DNA of 59,864 bases, counting the filler, from Diploschistes diacapsis (Eukaryota): assembly GCA_023645945.1 (NCBI GenBank). It is 4 parts of 4 records of this genome, joined end to end, with 100 filler letters (N's around TTAATTAATTAA, not from the genome) between each part and the next. Parts side by side here need not be neighbours in the genome. Positions count along the whole stretch, not along the records: positions 15,031 to 29,953 come from JALAIB010000579.1; positions 30,054 to 44,923 come from JALAIB010000581.1; 2 more parts are not named here. One strand, written 5' to 3'. Of the stretch, positions 23,301 through 35,192 are shown in pieces. The number at the start of each line of letters is the position of its first letter. Position 1 is the first letter of the stretch. The notes beneath the pieces were generated by a model. It worked only from the letters and a program-made list of their open reading frames with translations. It was not told the DNA's origin and ran no database searches. Made by a program: the position numbers and the translations under genes.

Positions 23301-26268
23301 AGGATACCGCCAAGGGCAAGATTGACGACCTGCCGTTCTACTTCATTGGTTTCAAATCTGCTGCTCCCGAATATACTCTACGGACCCGTATTTGGGCCTC
23401 CTTACGCTCTCAGACTCTCTACAGAACGATCTCCGGTTTCATGAACTATAGTCGCGCGATCAAGCTGTTGTATCGAGTCGAGAATCCCGAGGTTGTGCAA
23501 ATGTTTGGCGGCAACTCTGACAAGCTCGAGCGCGAGCTCGAACGCATGGCGAGGAGAAAATTCAAGATTATCGTATCCATGCAACGTTATGCCAAATTCA
23601 ACAAGGAAGAACGAGAAAACACCGAGTTCCTCCTCCGCGCGTATCCCGATCTCCAGATTGCTTACCTCGACGAAGAGCCACCTCTGAACGAGGGCGAAGA
23701 ACCCAGGATCTATTCTGCCCTGATCGATGGACATTCCGAACTCATGGAGAATGGCATCCGACGTCCAAAATTCCGCGTACAACTTTCCGGAAATCCCATC
23801 CTTGGCGACGGAAAGTCTGACAACCAGAATCATGCTATCATTTTCTACCGTGGCGAGTACATACAGCTCATCGATGCTAACCAGGATAACTACCTGGAAG
23901 AGTGTCTGAAGATCCGTAGTGTTTTGGCCGAGTTCGAGGAGATGACCACCGACAACGTGTCTCCCTACACTCCTGGTCTGCCGCCCACGAAATACAACCC
24001 AGTCGCCATTCTCGGAGCTCGTGAATACATTTTCTCCGAGAACATCGGTATTCTCGGCGATGTCGCCGCCGGTAAAGAACAGACGTTTGGTACCCTGTTT
24101 GCCAGAACTCTATCCCAGATTGGCGGTAAGCTCCACTACGGACATCCTGATTTCCTCAACGGCATCTTCATGACCACCCGTGGTGGCGTCTCCAAAGCGC
24201 AGAAGGGTCTTCACTTGAACGAAGATATTTATGCCGGCATGAACGCTCTCATCCGCGGTGGACGTATCAAGCATTGTGAATACTATCAATGTGGTAAAGG
24301 TCGTGATCTTGGTTTCGGATCCATCCTCAACTTCACAACCAAGATCGGCACCGGTATGGGAGAACAGATGTTGTCACGAGAGTACTACTATCTCGGCACT
24401 CAGCTGCCCATCGATCGTTTCTTGTCGTTTTATTACGCTCACGCTGGTTTCCACGTCAACAACATGTTCATCATCCTGTCCGTTCAGATGTTCATGATCG
24501 TCATGTTGAATCTGGGGTCTTTGTATCATGAGACCATCATCTGTAACGTTCAGGATGGCGTTCCCGGAACTGACCCTCTTTACCCTATTGGCTGCTTGAA
24601 TCTGTATCCCATTCTCAGCTGGGTCAACCGTTCGGTTCTTTCCATCTTCATCGTGTTCTTCATCTCCTTTGTGCCCCTCACCGTTCAAGAACTTACCGAA
24701 CGCGGATTCTGGAGAGCAGCGACTCGTCTTGGCAAGCAATTCGCATCCGGTTCCTTGTTTTTCGAGGTCTTCGTATGCCAGATCTACGCCAATTCTCTTT
24801 CCCAGGATCTTTCTTTCGGTGGCGCTCGGTACATTGGAACGGGTCGTGGCTTCGCTACCGCACGTATCCCGTTCGGTGTTCTTTACTCCCGGTTTGCTGG
24901 ACCTGCCATCTATCTTGGTGCCCGCCTGCTGATGATGCTGCTCTTTGCCACCGCCACCATTTGGCAGGCGTCGCTCATCTACTTCTGGGTTAGTCTTTTG
25001 GCCTTTTGTCTGGCTCCGTTCCTGTTCAACCCTCACCAGTTCGCTTGGAACGATTTCTTCATCGACTATAGAGACTACCTCCGGTGGCTGTCTCGTGGCA
25101 ACTCGAGGTCTCATGCATCTTCCTGGATTGCGTACGTCAGGCTATCTCGAACACGTATCACAGGTTACAAGCGCAAAGTGGTTGGTGAGCCTTCATCGAA
25201 GGTGGGAGGCGACATTCCCCGAGCGCATTTCACCAGCATCTTCTTTGGTGAAATCATCTCGCCGCTGCTGCTGTTCGTTGTCACGTTGATTCCTTACATC
25301 TTCATCAACTCGCTTGTTGGTGTAACTCCCGATAACCCGGCGAATAAAAGTTTGGGCAAGGAAATCAAGAAAACTGCCTCCATCATCCGCGTGGTCGCCG
25401 TTGGTTTCGCACCTATTGCTGTCAACGCGGGCGTTGCCATGGTTATGTTTGCATTGGCGTGCTGTATGGGTCCGTTACTGAGTATGTGCTGCAAGAAATT
25501 TGGCTCAGTCCTTGCGGCTATTGCTCACTGCATATCGGTGGTGATGATGCTCGTCTTCTTCGAGGTCATGTTCTTCCTGGAAGGATTCAACTTCGCGAGA
25601 ACCGTTCTCGGCATGGTTTGCGCTATCTGCCTACAGCGCTTCATCGTCAAGCTAATCGTCTCGCTTGCCCTGACTCGAGAGTTCAAGACCGACACTGCCA
25701 ACATTGCGTGGTGGACTGGTAAATGGTACAATATGGGCTGGCATTCCATGTCCCAACCGGGCCGCGAGTTCCTCTGCAAGATCACCGAGCTCACCATGTT
25801 CGCCGGGGATTTCCTCTTGGGTCACTTTATCCTGTTCATGCTCCTCCCGATTCTCGTCATCCCTTACGTTGACAAGTTCCATTCCGTGATGCTGTTTTGG
25901 CTCCGTCCAAGGTTTGTTTTTCCCAACGTGGTACGTGTATACAACTTGCTAATTAACGTTACAGCAAACAAATTCGCCCACCAATCTATTCATTGAAGCA
26001 GTCCAAGTTACGGAAACGTCGTGTCATTCGCTACGCCATTCTGTACTTTGTCTTGCTCGTTGTGTTCATTGCTCTTATTGCAGGGCCCATCGTGGCGGGA
26101 AACAAGCTTTCGTCTCTTGGTAATTCTCTCAGCAGCATTGGAGGAGGCAATCTTGTCTTGGTTCAGCCTATCAACCTTAACAACAACGACACCTCGAGCA
26201 TTATCACAGGGACCAATGTCAACCCAGGCCTCAGCGCACACACCTTTGCCGGCAGCAATCAGCATTAA
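20390..26268 (+). CDS. FKS1: 1,3-beta-glucan synthase catalytic subunit (3 exons)
   Basis: [31 protein letters not shown] (hot spot 1), [16 protein letters not shown] and [10 protein letters not shown]. Introns at 20587-20643 and 25912-25964. Confidence 0.99.
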
Positions 26269-26759
26269 ATCCTTGATTGTCAGACTCAAAGCCGCACAAG
26301 CGGAGTTTACCTCCAAGTTGCTTCTAATCTGGCCAGTGGCCATCATACATAGCCTACATGAGAATGTCGGTGTACTATTACTTATTTCCAAGGGGGCGGG
26401 CGCATGGGATAGAGGCATGGCAAAGCGAAGTCTGATAAGGTGACTCCAAATCTCACCAAGTTTACCGTTTCCCCCCGTTGGTTGTGTGGTGTTTGCATTT
26501 AATCAGAATACCTTCGTTTACTTCAGCAACAATGAGCACATGGGGGAACGGGCGAATGGCGGGCATCTTGTTCGTTTGTACAGTCCAAAAACGAAGCGTG
26601 ACGCTTGCAGATAGATAATGATCATTAAATCATGTTCTTGTTAGAATCAGTCCGCAGAGTAGTATCAATATCCTATTGAATTTGAATTGAACAAGAGATC
26701 TGCCCTGTGCGTTTGTGTGCACATCGATCTGTATGGGTTTTGACTGATCCTCAATAAAT

Positions 26760-26769
26760 CTAAAAATAG
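26760..26769. promoter_or_regulatory. Putative Rlm1/RlmA (MADS-box) site CTAAAAATAG upstream of LCB1
   Basis: Exact match to CTA(A/T)4TAG, about 130 nt upstream of the LCB1 ATG. Motif match only. Confidence 0.3.
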
Positions 26770-26896
26770 ATACTGCATACCAAGCTTTTGATGCTCGTGT
26801 CGGGCCAAAATCTGAAGAGCTCCCGAGATATTGACCTGATAGGTAATTACAATCTCCGTACAAGGTAAGATTACTTCTCTGTATCATGATCACAAG

Positions 26897-28744
26897 ATGG
26901 ACGCCTATGATGCTCAGAAATGGCTTATGCAGCTTGCCCATGAACTGTCCAACCTACTGCACCGAGTCCCAGGCTCCGCGATAGTCCTCCGTTATATTAA
27001 ATCCAGCTACCAAGATGACCCCATACGCTCCGGGATCGAGCTCTTTCTCGTACTTTTCGCGCTCAGGTATCTACTGGCGCCATCATACTCGACGCAAAAA
27101 ACCAACAGTGTGAAGCTGACCGAAGAGGTGCGTTCTGTCACTCCGCCGGTAGGCCAAGGCTACCTAACACCATAATCCTTCAGGAAGTAGACGAGCTCGT
27201 CGAAGAATGGACCCCCGAGCCGCTCGTTGCACCCCAGACTGCCATTGAAGAGGCCGAGAACGAAAAGCGGCCCATCATCTCGGGGTATGCCATTTCCCCC
27301 TATGACCCACCCAAGCACTCCACTGCAGCCTCCCTCATAACTCACAAAACCTCGCATAGACCCACAGCCCCGAAATGCAAGCTCGCCAGCGGCCGCACCG
27401 TCACAAACTTGGCGTCGTACAACTACTACAACTTCCTCTCCAACGAGGCCCTCAAGGAAAAGGCCATCCAGACGCTCCGCACCTACGGCGTTGGGCCCTG
27501 CGGCCCGCCAGGCTTTTACGGTACGCAAGATGTGCACATGAAGACTGAGGCGGACATTGCGGCGCATTTGGGCGTGCAGGCAGCGATCATCTATGCCCAA
27601 GCCTTTTCGACGATCTCGAGCGTGATTCCGGCTTTCTCAAAGAGAGGAGATATAATCGTAGCCGACAAGGGAGTGAACTTTGCGATCAGGAAGGGGCTTC
27701 AAATCAGCAGGAGCGTCGTGAAGTGGTACGAGCACAACGATCTGGATGATATGGAGAGGGTGTTGGCCAAGGTGGTGAAGGAGCAGGAGGGAAAGCCGCT
27801 GACGAGGAGGTTCATTGTTACGGAAGGGCTGTTTGAGGATATCGGGGACATGCCCGACCTTCCTAAGATTGTGAGACAACTTCCCGTACAACGCATTGCA
27901 TGCAAGTCAGGCCCGGTAGCTAATGTTCTCTACGTAATTTCGCAGGTTGACCTCAAGTACCGCTACAAGTTCCGCCTCATCCTCGACGAGACCTGGTCCT
28001 ACGGCGTCCTCGGCCGAACGGGCCAGGGCCTAACCTCCCACCAAAACGTCGATCCCACAACCGTCGATATGATCATTGGCTCCCTCGCCGGTCCTCTGTG
28101 TGCGGGTGGCGGCTTCTGTGCGGGCTCGGCCGAAGTCACCGAGCACCAGCGCATCTCCGCTCTAGCTTATACCTACTCCGCCGCGCTGCCAGCCATGCTG
28201 GCCACGACGGCCAGCGAGACGATTACGCTGCTGCAGACGACGAATGGAGAGTGCATTGCCAGTTGCAGAGAAAGCACAAAGGCGATGTGGGCGCAGCTGG
28301 ATCCGCGGAGCGAGTGGGTGTGGTGCACGAGCGCGGTGGAAAATCCAATGATGCTGCTCGTGCTAAAGGAGGAGGTTGTCGCGGCCAGGAAATGGAGTCT
28401 GGAGGACCAGGGGAGGGTGCTGGACGACGTTGTGGACGAGGTGAGTCGATTTACGAGAACCTAGCCTCTTGCATGTCTGCGTTACTTCTCTCCCCCTTCT
28501 CTCTATCCACGCTGCTGAGCAACGTCCCGAGTCTGGCTAATTCTCGTAGTGCCTAGCGAACAACGTCCTCATCACTCGGCGCAAGAGCATACTGGCAACT
28601 ACCAGCAGCAAGGAGTATGGTTTCGAGATGCAGCCTGCGCTCAAGGTGTGTATCACGACGGGTTTGTCGAAGAAGGAGATTGAGCGCGCGGGCATTGTCA
28701 TCAGGCATGCCATTACCAAGGTCGTCAAGTCAAGGAAGGCGTAG
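26897..28744 (+). CDS. LCB1: Serine palmitoyltransferase subunit 1 (5 exons)
   Basis: YIKSSYQDDPIRS, EEWTPEPL, YGVGPCGPPGFYGTQDVH and IPAFSKRGD. IIGSLAGPL lacks the PLP-binding Lys, as expected for LCB1 rather than LCB2. Stop TAG at 28742-28744. Confidence 0.95.
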
Positions 28745-29681
28745 TTCTGTGCGATAAAGCCGGGTCTAGCAGCGGCAGTTTTAATGTAATTAATATGTAA
28801 TTAATTGGGAAATCAACGTGGTTGGAGCATGGTTTTGTACAAGGCTTTCTTTTCTTCGAAGAGCGTGGCAGAGGAGAGTATGTTCAACATGGTATATAAG
28901 CGTATGTTAAATGGGAGCTTATACATAGAGATAGAAGACAGATCAGACCTTGAATAATAGTTGTTGTACACATGGGTCTTATGATGTAGACTGTACTTAA
29001 GGCCCAAGGCGTTGTTGTTGTTGGATAAGGGAGGGTTTTCGGCTCGCAATTGTCTTTACTAGTACTGGCCATTAGCCTACAAGAGAAGGCGTGTGGTAGA
29101 GTTGGAATCTGTACGTTGTAATGCCTTTCGGATCGTAGAATGATACGACGATGGGTTATTGTCTCTACTGTATGCACCGCAAACAAGGGCGGTGATACCA
29201 TACGTAGTTCACCGGAGGAGTCAAACCCAAGAACTCGTCTTGATATTTTTTTCACTGATTCTGCTGAATCGGTCAAAATATGAAGCTCTATATGGATATA
29301 CTTTCGACTTTCATCTAGCTCCATGCAATGGGGAACTTGACGTCAAACTCACAAGACATCGCTACCTACTTCTCGCACCGGATCCAAGTCCGAGACTTCC
29401 TTCGCCCATGACAAATTCTACTGAATCCCGAATAACAAATTCCTTCCTCGGGACGGCCGAAAGGGCCATACTGCTCATTCCCCACCCATCATGACGATGT
29501 GTATGATAAAGAGCCTGCCTAGGGTATAGTAGGTATTACGTACTGGAGGGGCAAGTGAAGCATTCCAGATTAAATCAAATGGCCCTGGCTCCATCTCCAA
29601 GAAGCATTGCTCTGATGCTCTTGGATTGATTCCAGCAGAAACGAGAACTCGCCTCTGATCTGTAAACATCGGGTTCAAAAC

Positions 29682-29953
29682 ATGGATTCCTCGTGCCAAA
29701 AAGACATTGTCCTCGCCTTCGACCTCTACGGCACCATTCTCTCCACCTCCTCTACCGCAAAGGAGCTCGCAAAGCACTTTGGCGAGGAGAAAGCGGCCCA
29801 GGTCGCGGCAACGTGGCGCACGCTGCAGCTGGAATACACATGGCGCTTGAACAGCATGGGTACGTCCGCGTTCGAGTTAGCGTTGGCGTCGTGGTCTCAC
29901 CATCCTCCCTCCACGTTCCCAACCCCCCCTTTCTCCCTTATTCAGGCCCTTTA
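29682..29953 (+). CDS. Haloacid dehalogenase type II-like hydrolase, 5' part (truncated by contig end)
   Basis: LAFDLYGTILS (HAD motif I), WRTLQLEYTWRLNSMG, then a GTACGT intron. Confidence 0.85.
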
Positions 29954-30053
29954 NNNNNNNNNNNNNNNNNNNNNNNNNNNNNNNNNNNNNNNNNNNNTTA
30001 ATTAATTAANNNNNNNNNNNNNNNNNNNNNNNNNNNNNNNNNNNNNNNNNNNN
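29954..30053. other. Artificial contig linker
   Basis: N44-TTAATTAATTAA-N44. Confidence 0.98.
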
Positions 30054-30887
30054 CTCCCTAACCTCCTCCCCCACAACCGCCTCCCAGACACACCTATCCC
30101 CAGCAAACATCTCCACCTCGGGCCTGGGCAGGTCCAGCACGCCGGCAAAAAGCCCATACTGCAAACAAACCATGCCTTTCCCTTCCCCCTTCCCCACGTC
30201 GTCGCCCTCCACGATACTGACCGGGCTCCCGCACTCGGCACACCTGCTTCTCCGCATGGGCTTGCCGGACCCCGTGTTCGGATCCAATTGGGTCTTGTGC
30301 GCGCCGTGGGGCGAGGAGATGGCGACGTGGGCGGCGGGGACGCGGAAGGCGTACGAGGCGAGCCCGCCCGAGCGGCGCTTGCAGGAGGTGCAGTGGCACA
30401 TTAGGGACTGCACGAGGGGGTTGTGGAGGAGGGGGGTTGCGACGGAGACCTGTGGTGGAGCGTGAGTCGGGGTGTAAGAAGAGGGGATGATTGGCGTGGG
30501 AATAGTGGATTAGGGCTGAGTCAGGCGCCGGAAAGGAAAGGGAGGTGCTGAGGAGCAGGAGAGAAGGCTTCGGGGGGGATTGGGGGGAGATAGACGGAGT
30601 GGTGGAGCGGTGGAGTGGTGGAATGGTGGGTCGTGCAGCGGGACGTGGAGGATGGGCTTGAGATAAGACAAAGGTAGTTCAGCGTGCGTTTTTTGCTGAG
30701 ACAGAAACCCTCAACAAGCAGTAAGATACAGCGCAGAACAACCCCCGGCTCAAGCTTTCCAAGGCTCATGAGGTCGCACTTCACGCGAGATATGGTTGAC
30801 TGCTAACAAATAATATAAGGGAAAAAGCCAACGCACCTCAACCTGCCCGCAGTGACAGCGGCCTTTGATCGGCTTGGTCTCGGACAT
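30054..30887 (-). CDS. GFA/CENP-V (Mss4-like) zinc-binding protein (2 exons; 3' end runs into the gap)
   Basis: Exon 1 MSETKPIKGRCHCGQVE, intron 30450-30836, exon 2 ...MCHCTSCKRRSG...RSRCAECGSP. The CxC/CHCxxC/CxxCG signature is complete. Confidence 0.85.
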
Positions 30888-31801
30888 TGCAATGAGCAAC
30901 GATATCTTCCAAAGATTCCGGAACGCAAAGTCTTGTTAAAGCACTAGGCAGAGCGTGCACGAACTTTCAAGCCTGCCTCTATGACGCCTTCCTTCCTTCG
31001 CTTCCTTTAATACTCTCTACAAGTTGTCCAGGGAACAAGATCGAAAACAATACTGGGCCTATTTCTCAGCATAGGTACTTTGTGTCCAGACCTGGTCGAT
31101 GCTGTAAGCTTAACGTAAGTAATGAGAAGAGGTTCGCAGGGATGGTCGATAAGCGAACCCCGAGGCTTGAACTGGACTGGCAAATTGTAAGGCCTTCTTC
31201 CGGTCTAGAAAAAAAGGGGCAGGAGCAGCAGAGCTTGGACGAACTTTGTAATATATGTCTATTCTAATCCCGGACTTTGATTGTCCTGCGTCCTCTGTAC
31301 CATAACAATTAGCGGTTAATTTGCTCTCATTAAACTACAAGGACCCCCTGGTAGGCAAGTCAAGACCTAATATGTCCACATCATCTCAATGGGCGGCCTC
31401 TAATCAGACAGCGACTGCATCTACGTTAACTCAAGGGAATTTCATCAACCAAAGAGGCACTTATGTATAGCATGTTTTCAATCGTGTCATGAAGTATAGA
31501 GCGAAAATCCCCCGATCAGTGCCAACCCCATCAAGAGGCATCGAAACAAAGCCTCGGGTTATCACTGTCTTCCTCCCATATGCACACTCGCCTAGCGCAT
31601 TGACTTGGAAAAAAGAAACTATATCGGGCCGACGTATCCACAAGCGCGACCTAGCCCAGCTGGCTGCTTCCACGTATTACCGCATTGCTATGCTAGTAAA
31701 GAACTATTATGCTCGTATATGGCGAATGAGCTCCGCTAAAAATCGAGAGCCCGCTGATACCGAATAATGTGAGAAAGAAGAGAAGTTGATGTACCGTCAA
31801 C

Positions 31802-32149
31802 TCAGAGAGCTAAAGCACCAATAACGACGGCAGCCGCAAGTGCAATGCCGGAGTGACCGGAGATGGTGCTGGCGGCGCCAGTGAATGGCGAGGCGCTTGG
31901 CGCTGGGGGCACGGCGGTGCTTCCGCCCGTTGAAGCAATGGTGGAGTATGCGCTCGAGCTGTTGGCGGGGCTGGTGCCGGTAACAAGAGGAATGAGGATT
32001 GGTGTAGTCGTGGTTGTAGCGACAGGGGTTGTCGACGAGGCGAGGACGATGGTTTGGTAGACGGTGGATGTAGAGGTAGAGGTGATGGTCGTCTGAGCGC
32101 TCACAACGGCGCCAAATGCTGCAATAGAGAGAGTCGAAGTGAAGCGCAT
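31802..32149 (-). CDS. Small secreted Ser/Thr-rich, probably GPI-anchored cell-wall protein (115 aa)
   Basis: Signal peptide ending VSA-Q, S/T-rich core, PFTGAA omega region and hydrophobic C-terminus. Confidence 0.82.
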   Translation of the reverse strand: MRFTSTLSIAAFGAVVSAQTTITSTSTSTVYQTIVLASSTTPVATTTTTPILIPLVTGTSPANSSSAYSTIASTGGSTAVPPAPSASPFTGAASTISGHSGIALAAAVVIGALAL

Positions 32150-33229
32150 TTTGATTAATGATTGATTTATTGGTTGATGAGGTTAAAGTAACTGTTAAAT
32201 CGGAGATCAAAACTGGTAAATGAATGCAATGGCGTCAAGCCGATGAAGCGAATGTATCGATTGTCGCAAGGTCAGGTGAACAACGGTGATTCCATTCGGG
32301 CTTGTTAAGCTTAAGTTCAGTTCTGAATGATGGTGCAGAACAACTGAGCTAGGATGTTAGATGCGCAGCACCGGTGTTGGAGACTTTGTTTGTTGGTTGT
32401 AAGAATCCGCGCGCAGCTATCGATAAAGAGCGACCGAAGTTGAATGAGTGTGAATTATGATACGCGCAGGTGTAGGTAAGAAATATTTGAAAAGAACGGA
32501 CATGAGATGACTCCCAACGAAGGTTTGGGACCTTGGACAGAATATAGAATGCGCTCAAAGCATGAGTATTCTCAGTCTTTGCAAAGGAAAATGGCTGGTG
32601 GCCAGAATAAGAGGGAGAAGATAGTAACGAAGCAACAATAATGCGGGAGACGCCCGTTACATGAAACTTGCCTACAACAGGCTGAATAAGGTTGTCAAAA
32701 AATGTAACGCCGCGATCCTATAATGGCACTGGAGCGATCAAAGAGATTCTGTGAAGGAGAGATTCTGTGAAGGCCGTGGTAGCATGAATAGCTGGAAATT
32801 GCTTCTTTAGGCGATAATGTATTTTCTCCGTCTGTAACTTACCAGTGCAATTACTGTCCACAGAGGTTGCTGCCATGCGCTCTGTCTGGATATCGAATTC
32901 GATCCTGTCGCCCACACCCCGTCGAATAGCTAGCTTCAAGAGTCCTGCGCGAAACCATTTCGGTCTCGGCATCTAGCCTTTAGCTTCACAGAAAGTCGTC
33001 CCAGTACAATGGGCTCTGTGGCCAGACCAGAGCCGCCTATTCTTGGACACCAGCGGCTGCTGAAGAGCTGAAGAACAAAAGAGAAACCGTTCTTGTAACA
33101 GATATGAGTATCAGAGGTTTGTGATTGTGATTGTGTGAGTGAGTGTGAGTTGTGTGTGTGAGTGAAATATTAACAAAGTGCAATTCGGTAAACAGGCCAA
33201 TGAGGACCAGGAAAATCACCACACGTCTA

Positions 33230-33311
33230 CAGCTTCTGTTGCTGTTCAACTGTTAGCTCGCCAACTCTCTTTGGTGTATAACCCCACAAAGGGAACTTGG
33301 GCGAGCTAACA
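33230..33311. mobile_element. Palindromic MITE-like element, copy B (shorter)
   Basis: TGTTAGCTCGCCAA...TTGGGCGAGCTAACA hairpin. Its reverse complement aligns with 18008-18109. Confidence 0.5.
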
Positions 33312-33804
33312 TTTCAATACCGATCGATCGGGCTTGAAGGTACCTAGTATCTAACTAGTATCTGACTACTTATCTTGCTTCGGACTCCAACCTCACGATA
33401 CTAGGCTGCAGATGCAAGATACACCGCAACCGACGATGGAAAGCGAAGGCAGTAGTTGCCGTGGTCTCATGCTAAAGCACAAAGCAAGGGTCCAATTAGT
33501 GCACAGGGATATCTACTGGATATTGCAGGATCGAATTCAGGGTCAGCTCGGCCATATAAGTGAGACTTCCATTGGAAATGACTAGGCCAGGTTACTTTGG
33601 CTCTCAAGTGCACAAGGATGCAATGGCTACTGAAACACATCTGAGTGCCTTACAGTATAAAGCATTCAGCACTGCTCCCAGAGACAGCGAACCCTAGGCT
33701 ATAGGTGAAGCTCTGAGGTAGATTCGCTACGTAACACTCCATCAAGAAATCGCAGCACGTTGGGGACGCTCTGTTTCTTAACATCCACGCAACCGTATTA
33801 CCTC

Positions 33805-34744
33805 CTATTCAGCCTTCTTCGCTTGTTCCCTTAGCTGTGGCGATGTGCCATGCTCCGTAACGGGCCCCTTCTCCATATCTGCCGCCCATAGCGCTGCACC
33901 CACGGCGTTTGTAAACGAGAAGAGGATTGACGCAATCGGAACCATTTCGAGGAGCGTGGCAACTACTCCGAAACTAAACGTCGCTGTTAATATTGTTTCC
34001 GTTGTAGGATCGGCGGGTATACCTAGTGTATGCCACCTGGTACTCCTCGATGTGCTTCTCCCGCTGCGATGAGTTCCATCCCTTCAGCTGATAGTACCTC
34101 GTGTGGGCCGCCGGACCAACCCGCCTCCCTTGCAGAAGCACAAACATGATCGTACCAACGACCGGGATAAAGTTGAGTGGCAAGTACATCAAGTAGCGGA
34201 TGAGCGCGCTCGGCGAGTACTTGGCAAAGGGCTGCTTGATCATCCTGCCTAGCTTGGCCACGGAGTCGCCCCCAGATTGGATCTGCCTGCCACTAGAGAC
34301 GAGGTCCGTGGTGTTCTTGTTAACGAGAGTGGCATCGAAAGTGTCCACCAGAGCATCCTGAATCAGGAACGTCTTGCTCGCGAGCGTGAATAGCTCCGAG
34401 CTCTCGCTGAGGACGAGAACCGCAGCGCCGACTGCTGCCAAAGGACCTTGAGTGAAGGCCATCAAAGCTGCCTGGGGGACGTATGTGAAGACGAACATGC
34501 CCACGGTAATCGCTGTGCCCAGCCCGAGGCTGGGCAGCAGCTTGGAGGTGAGCGGTTTCCAAAGGGCGCGGTGGGACACGAAATAATAGATGCCCTATGA
34601 ATATGAGCGGGTTGTGGTCATAGTGCCTTTGAATATACAGACTCGGAGTGGGTAGAGATATGCGCCGGAGCGAGCTGCCTGAACCGTCATCGACTTGATC
34701 TTCTCTGCCTCCTCCACCGCCACCTTCTTTACTTTGCCCTCCAT
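33805..34744 (-). CDS. EI24-domain membrane protein (RRT8/LDS-like; 3 exons)
   Basis: MEGKVKK...SGAYLYPLR, FTYVPQAA, VLVLSESS, DALVDTFDATL, LPLNFIPVVG, HTRYYQLKG and FTNAVGAALWAADME. Confidence 0.85.
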
Positions 34745-35192
34745 CTTGTAATGCTTTACAGTTTGAGGTCTCACTCAAGAATTTTGCAAAGACTCTGTAT
34801 CCGCAAGATGCAAAGAGTGTTGCTAATTGAGAGAATGCGGTATCAGGCAAATCCCAACTTAAATTCTATATAGTGAACACAAAACCACAGTACGTCATTG
34901 CTAACACATCGCCCACACGCGACTACCAACTAGCAGAAGCGCAAAGGTCACAAATGTGAAAGGAGAACACTAGATCTTGGGTACAGAATTATATAGTAGA
35001 CTAACTGTAAGTAGGTCTGGAGTTTTTCATTATCACAATTTCGATTGAGTGCTTGCGAAATCCCGTAATGTCTAGAAGTGCGCGCTGGTAGTCTTCCGAT
35101 ACCTTGATTGACTCACATCGAAACAGCATCTAGCCTGGGACATATTGGGTCTAACTTGAGAACTGCGTAAACACTCATATTGCTCCCCCAAG

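Noticed and set aside
29682..30887. HAD dehalogenase plus GFA as a detoxification cluster
   Set aside because: They are separated by an artificial linker and lie on different contigs.
32742..32773. 16-bp direct repeat AGAGATTCTGTGAAGG x2
   Set aside because: An isolated slippage-type duplication with no associated element.
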